From IMG/VR virus record IMGVR_UViG_3300021959_000014: DNA of 20,000 bases, one strand, 5' to 3'. A program made the translations under genes and the position numbers. This document shows, in pieces, positions 7,510 to 15,027 of this stretch (position 1 is its first letter; the number at the start of each line of letters is the position of its first letter). The DNA is from an uncultured virus (IMG/VR IMGVR_UViG_3300021959_000014). Lineage: Duplodnaviria; Heunggongvirae; Uroviricota; Caudoviricetes. The notes below the pieces were generated by a model that made no database searches, had not been told where the DNA came from, and was given only the letters and a program-made list of their open reading frames with translations.

Positions 7510-8197
7510 GCTTAATCATTTTTTTCACGATCCTTGCTGAAGCTGATTCAAGAGCTTTTTTGGTTGCTATTCCAATTGTAGATTTATTGAACTTAACTTC
7601 ATCCAAACCTTCTAATAAATTAGATCTTTTTATTGTAACTGCTTCTCCACTTCCGGAACCTGTTAGTATGGAACCAGTCTCGGCATTTACAAATCTCACT
7701 TGCATACCGATAATAGTTTTTAGAACAATCTTTATACCGTCTTTAGTTATTTCTTCTTCTTCAGATACTGAGTAGTCATAAATCTCAACATAGGTAAAGT
7801 ATTCTGCTAATATTACATTACCGACAACTTTAATCTCATTTGAAGATATACCTTTAGCTGAAGCTTTATGTTGTTTTACCATTCTTTGTTTAATATCTTC
7901 TTTATCTTCTGTAAATATAAACCTGTCAGTCCATTCTAGATAAGATAGAGTAATATTACTCACACCCAATCCCACTCTATTCTCTCTTAATTCAGGATAA
8001 AATTCATACAGTTCTGGTGTAAAGCCAATGTTCAGTACTTGAATTGGTAATTGATAATCTAACATATAATCAGATACTTCATCTATATCTGCATCTTGTT
8101 CAAATTTACCCTTATAGTTTTCTGTCTCCGTTTTACCTAATTGAGCATTAGCAGTAAAACTTAGTAACATCGATATAATTAAAAATATTCTTACCAT
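7490..8197 (-). CDS. CsgG/HfaB-family (curli assembly/transport-like) protein
   Basis: 'LGVSNITLSYL...RFIFTE', 'AEYFTYVEIYDY' and 'IGMQVRFVNAETGSIL.GSGSG' follow the CsgG-family pattern (V.LRLVD..TGEI). Has an SPI signal ...TANA|Q and no lipobox Cys. Confidence 0.7.
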   Translation of the reverse strand: MVRIFLIISMLLSFTANAQLGKTETENYKGKFEQDADIDEVSDYMLDYQLPIQVLNIGFTPELYEFYPELRENRVGLGVSNITLSYLEWTDRFIFTEDKEDIKQRMVKQHKASAKGISSNEIKVVGNVILAEYFTYVEIYDYSVSEEEEITKDGIKIVLKTIIGMQVRFVNAETGSILTGSGSGEAVTIKRSNLLEGLDEVKFNKSTIGIATKKALESASARIVKKMIKRGIFKE

Positions 8198-8448
8198 GAT
8201 ATTTCTTCTTCTTTCTTAGTCTTGACTGGTTGTACTTTTATAGTCTTAGTTATTACTAAAGTATCTTTAACTCCTTCTGGAATGCTAATTGTTTGTTCTA
8301 TCATTGGTGGTTGTTGAACTTCTTCTTTAGGTTCAAATATAGATTGCATATTAGCTATTAATAATCCAAATCCTGCTGTTATTACTAATCCAATTCCTGT
8401 TACTATTTGGTTTTTAATTTCCGAAAAAAATGTTTTCTTTTTACCCAT
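8191..8448 (-). CDS. Small single-TM membrane protein
   Basis: Likely start MGKKKTFF at 8448, overlapping the upstream stop (ATGGGTAA). TM segment IVTGIGLVITAGFGLLIA followed by a Pro/Lys-rich tail. Confidence 0.65.
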   Translation of the reverse strand: MGKKKTFFSEIKNQIVTGIGLVITAGFGLLIANMQSIFEPKEEVQQPPMIEQTISIPEGVKDTLVITKTIKVQPVKTKKEEEISW

Positions 8449-9178
8449 TTTTAATAATTTTAAATGTCTTAACAAACCTACCGTTAGTTACTTGTAATAA
8501 ATAGATACCAGTAGCAAGGTCCCTAACATCTACTCTAAAAGAAACATACCCCGAGAAAAACTTCTTACTATACACACCGTGTTTTTTACCTAAAAAATCA
8601 GATACTATAACCTTATATTCTCCATTTTCGGGTACTGTTAACTCTAGTGTTATACGCCCGGTAGTAGGTACTGGGTATGCTATTCCGTATATGCCGTCTA
8701 TAGGTGGTACTTCAAAGGGCATTGATCTTTTATTTACATACCCATCTGTACTTATAACCTCTATATCCCAACCTAACTCAGTTCCTGCGGTTTTTCTTCC
8801 AATGGTAATAGGTATCTCTACCCATGATTGATCAATTACTTTAAACCTAACTGTGAATAGTTCTGTGGGTGAGTTTATTGTATAAGTACCAAATGAAGCA
8901 TCATATCCTCCCCATCTAACTGTTTCACCTTGCCAGTCCATAGTGTAGGTTAACCATTGTTGAGCTTTAGCTGTTACCGATATATCTTCAAAGGCTAAGT
9001 ATGTGGGGTCATAATTTAGTGCAAATTCTAAACTACCTACATCGTTGCTATTAGTTTCGATTACAACCGGTAAATTAATATAAGTACTAACAGGTACCTC
9101 AATCTCAGGTACGTTAAATTTGACCTGAGAGTGAGCTACTGTTGATAGTGTTAGTAAAAATATTAATAACGATTTCAT
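8441..9178 (-). CDS. Cohesin-domain protein with T9SS type A C-terminal sorting domain
   Basis: Signal ...TVAHS|Q. Cohesin-like 'INLPVVI...VGSLEFALNYDPTYLAF...ELFTVRFKV'. CTD 'YPVPTTGRITLEL...VSDFLGK...VDVRDLATGIYLLQV...KTFKIIK' matches the YPNP / D..G / L..GIY / K.IK motifs. Confidence 0.8.
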   Translation of the reverse strand: MKSLLIFLLTLSTVAHSQVKFNVPEIEVPVSTYINLPVVIETNSNDVGSLEFALNYDPTYLAFEDISVTAKAQQWLTYTMDWQGETVRWGGYDASFGTYTINSPTELFTVRFKVIDQSWVEIPITIGRKTAGTELGWDIEVISTDGYVNKRSMPFEVPPIDGIYGIAYPVPTTGRITLELTVPENGEYKVIVSDFLGKKHGVYSKKFFSGYVSFRVDVRDLATGIYLLQVTNGRFVKTFKIIKNG

Positions 9179-9181
9179 TTA

Positions 9182-10270
9182 TTAATTTAATCCTGTACCA
9201 TTTGCATCACCTAATACTAGTAAGTAGAAATTACCTGCTGTAGTTCCATTTATCTGTGGTGATAAGAATTCTTCTTGTCCTGAGATTGTCCCAGATTGAT
9301 CTGAGGTAGCAGCATCAATAGTGTTGTATTGAGCTTCAGTAAAGAATAGTACATCTGGGTTATTTGTATAAGCACTTAAACCTTGAGCTAATCTAGCAAA
9401 TAACAGATAAGAATCTGATACCGTAATACCATTTGCTTGGTTTGTATTACCGGTATAGTACTGTATACCTGATGTTGTTTGTACTCCTGCTGCTATTTGA
9501 GCAATCATATTTGCATCTGCTGCTGATAATGCTGTACTTGCATCTAAACCACTTGCAATTTTTAATCTAACTTGCCAGTAATCTTGATCTATATTCTCTG
9601 AGAATGTTGCTGTTCCATCGGCTTCTGTTGTATCTGTAGCTACATCTACCCAAGTACTACCATCTGCTGATTTCTGTAAAATTACAGGAATTAATTCTGC
9701 TGGGTTTGTTGCATTATTTAAAATAGTTGCTACATAATCAAATGCTGGTTCTATAAAGTTACCACCGTTATCTGATGTGCCTAGAATAGCATCTGTACCA
9801 TCAGTTTGTGCATAATAAGCAGTTAAATTGTTTGTGAAGTCAATCCCATCAACTGTACCATTAGTATAACTAGATTTAAATGGTAATTCAACATCAAACA
9901 TATTACCAGCAATAAGGTCAAAGGTAGTAGTAGCACCATCATAGGCCCATACGACTTTTACAATACCGTTTGTTGCATCCACATCTGTAGACATATACCC
10001 TACAGGTCCTGAAGTGTTGTTGTAAGTTACAGTTGGTGTGTCAAAAACATCTTTATCGTAACTGAAAGAGAATTGAATACCTTTTACTGTGTTACCTGAT
10101 GTGTTATCGTAGTAAATATCAACTATAGTATTATTTGAGGAATTAACCGACTCTAAATTATAAGTAGAATCAAGAATTATATACGGCTTAGTTGCATCGG
10201 GTGATGTAGTTTGTCCATATGTAAATACTGTGATTAGTAATGCGGTTATGAGGGTAATTGTTTTTTTCAT
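9182..10270 (-). CDS. Secreted cohesin + Ig-like + atypical dockerin-like protein
   Basis: Signal ...VFTYG|Q. Cohesin-like 'VKGIQFSFSYDKDVF...MFDVELPFK', Ig-like 'VILQK...TDTTEADGTATF', and dockerin-like elements 'LSAADANMI', 'GNTNQANGITVSDSYLL' and terminal 'LGDANG'. Confidence 0.65.
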   Translation of the reverse strand: MKKTITLITALLITVFTYGQTTSPDATKPYIILDSTYNLESVNSSNNTIVDIYYDNTSGNTVKGIQFSFSYDKDVFDTPTVTYNNTSGPVGYMSTDVDATNGIVKVVWAYDGATTTFDLIAGNMFDVELPFKSSYTNGTVDGIDFTNNLTAYYAQTDGTDAILGTSDNGGNFIEPAFDYVATILNNATNPAELIPVILQKSADGSTWVDVATDTTEADGTATFSENIDQDYWQVRLKIASGLDASTALSAADANMIAQIAAGVQTTSGIQYYTGNTNQANGITVSDSYLLFARLAQGLSAYTNNPDVLFFTEAQYNTIDAATSDQSGTISGQEEFLSPQINGTTAGNFYLLVLGDANGTGLN

Positions 10271-10288
10271 TGTAATTTTATTTTAACA

Positions 10289-10305
10289 TTAATTTATTAT
10301 AAATA
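10289..10305 (-). promoter_or_regulatory. Putative phage (late-type) promoter motif TATTTATAATAAATTAA
   Basis: Identical to 5692-5708; intergenic, 18 nt upstream of the ATG at 10270. Confidence 0.5.
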
Positions 10306-10308
10306 TAA

Positions 10309-11484
10309 CTAATTCCTGTGTCCGGTTCTTATTAAATAGAATATAGTAGAGTCTCCATTACTTCTATCAAATAAACTATAACTTCCATATCCAAAATTTT
10401 CAGATTTATCATCAGTATCAGTATCTAAAGGGTCCCAAAAGTAAGGAGTTTGTTGATAATGAAATACTTTTGTAGAAGGTGTAGTACTACTATACTGAGT
10501 AAATATACCATTCATGTAAGCTAACATAGAATATAAATCTGCAACACTAAATTTCCCGTCATTATTAACATCCATTCTCCAATAATCTTTGGAATTATAA
10601 ACCCCACTAATTAATTTACTAGTAAAGTAACTGATATCATTTAGAGTAGGTGTTGATAATGAGGGTTGTACTACATCAATAGTATAGTCATAGTTATTAT
10701 AATCTAAAGTAGTATTGAAGGAGTAGTATCCATTTGAGTCTGTGGTTGTAGTAGCTTGTGTTGTATATGAGAAACCAACCTGATTTTTATTTTGAGTTTT
10801 TAACTGTACTGTAACTCCGGCTAAAGCTTCTTCTTCTGCTCCATAAACATATCCAGTATGAATTATAGGGTCAATAGGCTCAGTAGTAGACCATTCTGCA
10901 AATGGATGAGCGGGACTAAGTTGATTGTATGTATTACTATTTGGTATTCTATATTCAAATTTAGCACCACCTACACCACCGAAATTTTGAATTCTATATT
11001 CAAACTCATACCATGTATTTTTATCTAAGGTTGCCGTACCATAAGCCCAGACATTCCAACCATAATGTTTAGTAACTATATCATTAGTCTTACCAATACC
11101 CTTAATCATAAACTCATGTGAGTCATCTGTGAAAGTTCTAAATCTATATGTACCTGATTTGTTAGGTTTAAACCAACCGGAATAGATAATTGCATATCTT
11201 TGACTGCTCCATCTTGGTGGGTTCCATAGTTGATAAGGAGTATGATTACCACCTCTTGGGCCTTGATAACTTGTTATATCTACAGGTCCTTCGGTATAGA
11301 GTGTAGTACCACCATCGGCAAGATTAACCATAGCGTCAAATTCTGTATGGGAATCAGCATTAGCTGTATAATATTGACCTGAATTAGATGCACCATAATG
11401 AGTCTTAAGTGACCTTATGTTTACAGTAGTCTGTGCATTTATAAACCCACTAAGTAATACTAATATAAAGGTTAGTTTCTTCAT
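10309..11484 (-). CDS. Secreted PA14 (carbohydrate-binding) + Ig-like + dockerin-like protein
   Basis: Signal ...GFINA|Q. PA14 signature 'YSGWFKPNKSGTYRFRTFTDDSHEFMI...LDKNTWYEFEYRIQNFGG'; Ig/CarboxypepD_reg-like 'GYVYG...LAGVTVQL...TTTDSNGYYSF'; dockerin Ca-loop 'DVNNDGKFSVADL'. Confidence 0.75.
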   Translation of the reverse strand: MKKLTFILVLLSGFINAQTTVNIRSLKTHYGASNSGQYYTANADSHTEFDAMVNLADGGTTLYTEGPVDITSYQGPRGGNHTPYQLWNPPRWSSQRYAIIYSGWFKPNKSGTYRFRTFTDDSHEFMIKGIGKTNDIVTKHYGWNVWAYGTATLDKNTWYEFEYRIQNFGGVGGAKFEYRIPNSNTYNQLSPAHPFAEWSTTEPIDPIIHTGYVYGAEEEALAGVTVQLKTQNKNQVGFSYTTQATTTTDSNGYYSFNTTLDYNNYDYTIDVVQPSLSTPTLNDISYFTSKLISGVYNSKDYWRMDVNNDGKFSVADLYSMLAYMNGIFTQYSSTTPSTKVFHYQQTPYFWDPLDTDTDDKSENFGYGSYSLFDRSNGDSTIFYLIRTGHRN

Positions 11485-11500
11485 ATAAATAATTGTTCAC

Positions 11501-11530
11501 AAAAAAGAGGGTGTTAATACACCCCCTTTT
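11501..11530 (-). terminator. Rho-independent terminator
   Basis: Minus strand AAAAGGGGGTGT-ATTA-ACACCCTCTTTTTT: a GC stem with one G-U pair and a U-tract, separating the replication block from the exported-protein cluster. Confidence 0.85.
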
Positions 11531-11558
11531 AATTTTCTTTTTCAATTTTTATAAGAAA

Positions 11559-11810
11559 TTAGATTTTGCTTTTTAAGCTTATAACCCAATTTTTAAATAA
11601 GTCCCAATTTCGCGTAGCAAATACACCAAATGCTACTCCTGCATAGATTTTAAATCCAAAAGACCAAAGTAATAATCCTGCGATTAATCCTAAAATCCCC
11701 TCAATTCCATTTCCTACTATCCAACCCTTTACAGCATTGAATGTTTTCTTAAACCAACTGATTTTTACTGGTTTTTTTACTACTTTTTTTGCTTTTGCTT
11801 TTCTAGCCAT
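11559..11810 (-). CDS. Small membrane protein with very basic N-terminus (holin-like candidate)
   Basis: K-rich N-terminus, an amphipathic helix and about two hydrophobic segments (GILGLIAGLLLWSFGF, IYAGVAFGVFA). Confidence 0.6.
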   Translation of the reverse strand: MARKAKAKKVVKKPVKISWFKKTFNAVKGWIVGNGIEGILGLIAGLLLWSFGFKIYAGVAFGVFATRNWDLFKNWVISLKSKI

Positions 11811-11865
11811 TTTATTTAATTTTAATTAATAATAATGATTGTGTTTATACATATGTAAACTTTTA

Positions 11866-13581
11866 CTAACCATCACAACTTACACAATCTGCCATTCTGG
11901 ATCCTAAATCACCCTTAATAACTGAATCTGTTCTTAGGTAGTAAAATGTTTTAATTCCTAATTTCCATCCTTCTAAATGTACTTGATTTATCCATTTTGG
12001 GGAATCGTTTACGTCAAAAGATAAATTTAATGATTGTGTTTGATCAATATATCTTTGTCTAATTGCTGCTTGTCTAACTAATTCTAATTGGTTTATCTCA
12101 GGAAATGTTAAAAATAATTCCTTTTCATCGGGGGTTAAAATATTATCAGGTAAACCCTGTGCTGATCCATCTTCGGCTAGCATTTGATCCCACCATTTAT
12201 CTTTATCTTCACCTTTTTCAATTAATATAGATTGTAATACTTTATTTTTCCTAATAAAGGTACCTTTAGCACCATTAAAAGTATAAATGTTAGCAGGCAA
12301 GGGTTCAATACCAGCGCTAATACCACCACAAATAACTGAATTAGATACTGTTGGGGCAACTGCTAATAAATGGGTATTTCTCATACCTGTTCCTCTACAC
12401 CATAAAGGTTCTCCGTATTCTTGGGCTAAAGCCATAGATGCTTTTTCTGCTTTACCTCTAATATCCGAAAATATATTTTTAGTATGGGCAGTTGAAGCAA
12501 TAGAATTAAATGGTAAGCCTTTTTGTTGTAAAAATGAATGCCAACCCATTACACCTAAACCTAAAGCACGTCCCTTACGAGCATGGTTATAGGTTCTTTG
12601 TAATGAATCTTTACCAGCAGATTTATCAATGAATTCTTGCATTACCCCATCTAAGAACCAAGTGGCTAATTCAACAGCCTCCGTATCTTTCCATTCATCA
12701 TATTTAGATAAATTCATAGATGATAAACAACAAATAAAACTATGTTCTTCATCTGTAAATAATGTAATTTCAGAACAAATATTTGTCATACTTACATCTA
12801 AGTTATTTAACCTATAAGCAATAGGATTATCTTTATTAACATTATCCTTATACATTATATAAGGTTCTCCTGTTTCCATTCTTGATTTTAAAACAGTAGC
12901 CCATCTATTCATTGCTTCTGGGTCTCTTGCTTCTAGTTTTCTCATAAATGAGTCTCCTACAACAACACATTGGTGTAAGTTTAAACATTGTCTATTTGGA
13001 TCACCCTTTGGTCTACGAATTTGTAAAAATTCTTCTATATCTCCATGTTCAATATCTAAGTTAACAGAAGCTGCTCCTCTTCTAACATTTCCTTGATTAG
13101 TTGCAATTATTGATGAATCAAATATCTTAGCCCATGGTACTACACCTTCACTTTTACCATTTCCTGAGATTTCTGTTCCGCGTTCTCTAATGCGGTTTAA
13201 TGAAATACCTACACCTCCACCGGATGCTGTTAACTTCATTAGTTCTGCGTTAGTTAAACCGATTCCACGTATTGAATCGGGTGTATCAACACCAAAACAT
13301 GAAATAGGTAAACCACGATCAGTTCCCATATTTGATAACACAGGTGATGCTAGTCCTAACCAACCATTCCACATGATTTTAAAGAATTTGTTAGCTAATT
13401 CTGGTTTTTTAAGTCTACTAGCAGCGGCATTAGAGACTCTTCTATATGCTTTTTTAACATCTTCTCCAGGTAATAAATACCCTTTAGAAATTGTTGCTAA
13501 AGATATTTCATCCATCCACTCTGGGTAGTTTTTACCTGCTTCCCAATTTGTATAATCTACTTGTAACGCGTTGTTTTCCAT
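11866..13581 (-). CDS. nrdA: Class I ribonucleotide reductase alpha subunit (short, no ATP cone)
   Basis: ASPVLSN, PISCF, GGGVG, RRGA, catalytic TNICSEI, CCLSS, RALGLGVMG, APTVSNS, DQTQSLN, TFYYLR and C-terminal CVSC. Confidence 0.97.
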   Translation of the reverse strand: MENNALQVDYTNWEAGKNYPEWMDEISLATISKGYLLPGEDVKKAYRRVSNAAASRLKKPELANKFFKIMWNGWLGLASPVLSNMGTDRGLPISCFGVDTPDSIRGIGLTNAELMKLTASGGGVGISLNRIRERGTEISGNGKSEGVVPWAKIFDSSIIATNQGNVRRGAASVNLDIEHGDIEEFLQIRRPKGDPNRQCLNLHQCVVVGDSFMRKLEARDPEAMNRWATVLKSRMETGEPYIMYKDNVNKDNPIAYRLNNLDVSMTNICSEITLFTDEEHSFICCLSSMNLSKYDEWKDTEAVELATWFLDGVMQEFIDKSAGKDSLQRTYNHARKGRALGLGVMGWHSFLQQKGLPFNSIASTAHTKNIFSDIRGKAEKASMALAQEYGEPLWCRGTGMRNTHLLAVAPTVSNSVICGGISAGIEPLPANIYTFNGAKGTFIRKNKVLQSILIEKGEDKDKWWDQMLAEDGSAQGLPDNILTPDEKELFLTFPEINQLELVRQAAIRQRYIDQTQSLNLSFDVNDSPKWINQVHLEGWKLGIKTFYYLRTDSVIKGDLGSRMADCVSCDG

Positions 13582-13599
13582 TTATGTATTTTTAATCTT

Positions 13600-13653
13600 T
13601 TAAAGATGTCCACCCCAAGGCTTAATCCAATATTTCCAGATAAATTTTTTCAT
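13600..13653 (-). CDS. Possible 17-aa Trp-rich micro-ORF (MKKFIWKYWIKPWGGHL)
   Basis: ATG 13653 to TAA 13600, with an A-rich start context (GAAAACAAAATG) like neighbouring genes. Fills the gap just before nrdA. Confidence 0.45.
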   Translation of the reverse strand: MKKFIWKYWIKPWGGHL

Positions 13654-13671
13654 TTTGTTTTCTATATAACT

Positions 13672-13995
13672 CTATCCTTTACTACCTATCTCTTCTTTCT
13701 CTCTACCTGTCTCTCTATCAAAATATTTATCTTGTGTTTTGGTTGATCTTTCATCAATTACACCTTTGTGTTTTTTTAGACTATCTAAAACCTCTAGATC
13801 GGGTGTTTTTGATGTTGTCATTTGTTTTATTACCTTATCTATTGATCGAATGTGGGCATCTGCTTCTTTTTTTATGGCTCTTTTAAAGGTACTTAATAAT
13901 TTCTCAACTTCAAATGAGGAGTGGAATTTATTCTTGTTATTATTTAGTTCTCCAATTAAATATTCAGCTTGTGCTAAAGTCATTTCTACTAACAT
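13672..13995 (-). CDS. Hypothetical protein between nrdB and nrdA
   Basis: 107-aa charged ORF with an A-rich translation-initiation region; no HNH, GIY-YIG or LAGLIDADG motif seen. Confidence 0.6.
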   Translation of the reverse strand: MLVEMTLAQAEYLIGELNNNKNKFHSSFEVEKLLSTFKRAIKKEADAHIRSIDKVIKQMTTSKTPDLEVLDSLKKHKGVIDERSTKTQDKYFDRETGREKEEIGSKG

Positions 13996-14028
13996 ACTTG
14001 TTTTTTGTTTTTATTTATTAATTAATTA

Positions 14029-15015
14029 TTAAAATAAGCTATTTGCGTCCCAATTTTGAACACCTTTACTATAGTTTGTTACTCGGTTTGCGAAAAAATC
14101 TGTGTGTTGTTTACCTGCTGATAAGCTATCAAACCACTTCATTCTTTTCACTGCATCTTTATCTATCCCATTAACTATGGGTCCATATCCTAAATCACTC
14201 ATTTTAGTGTTTACTCTATGTTTAATAAATGAAATTAAATCATATTTAGGACAACCTTTTAAATCTCCCATTTCATACACTTTATCAATAAAATCTAATT
14301 CTAATTTTAAAGACAATTTAGCTGCTTCTTCTATATCAGCTTGTAATTCTGGTGTGTTGTATTCTGGATGTTCTTCCATTAAGGTTCTAAATAACCAACA
14401 TCCTGCTTCTGAATGTAATGATTCATCTCTGATACTCCACTCAACTATTTGTCCTACTCCTTTAAGTTTATTATCTAATTTAAAAGAAAGTAATACAGCA
14501 AATGAAGAAAATAAATTAACTCCTTCCGTAAAAGCAGAAAAAACTGCTAAAGATTTTGCTCTTTCATGCCAATTAGGAGTACCATCATGAGAATCTCTTA
14601 CTTCAGTTAATGCTTCTATTTTTGCCATAGTAGCTTCATCTTCTAGAAATTCTGCAAAATTGTCTAATCCTAATTCCTCGTTTAATAAAGAATAAGCTTC
14701 AGCATGAATAGTTTCAAATGCCCCAAATGTAACAGCCATTTTAATTATTTCAGGTTTCCTAAACCAACTTGTTACTAAGGTAGTCCAATAATCATTTACT
14801 ACAGTTTCTGTTTGAGCAAAACCTTTTAAAATTGTACCAATAATGTTTTTTTCATGGGATTCTAAATTTTGTTTCCAATCATTAACATCACTCATCATTG
14901 GGACTTCGGTATGTAACCAGTGTGCTTGTTGTTGTTTAAGCCAATAGTCTGAGGCTTGTTGGTATTCGAAAGGTTTGTAAACAATTCTTTCTTGTGTGAT
15001 GTCTTTTTTTGCCAT
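14029..15015 (-). CDS. nrdB: Class I ribonucleotide reductase beta subunit
   Basis: YKPFEY, HW...E, AQTE, ETIHAEAY (EXXH plus radical Tyr), TEGVNLFSSF, RDESLH, and the C-terminal DFF..RVTNYSK. Confidence 0.96.
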   Translation of the reverse strand: MAKKDITQERIVYKPFEYQQASDYWLKQQQAHWLHTEVPMMSDVNDWKQNLESHEKNIIGTILKGFAQTETVVNDYWTTLVTSWFRKPEIIKMAVTFGAFETIHAEAYSLLNEELGLDNFAEFLEDEATMAKIEALTEVRDSHDGTPNWHERAKSLAVFSAFTEGVNLFSSFAVLLSFKLDNKLKGVGQIVEWSIRDESLHSEAGCWLFRTLMEEHPEYNTPELQADIEEAAKLSLKLELDFIDKVYEMGDLKGCPKYDLISFIKHRVNTKMSDLGYGPIVNGIDKDAVKRMKWFDSLSAGKQHTDFFANRVTNYSKGVQNWDANSLF

Positions 15016-15027
15016 TTATTATTTAGT

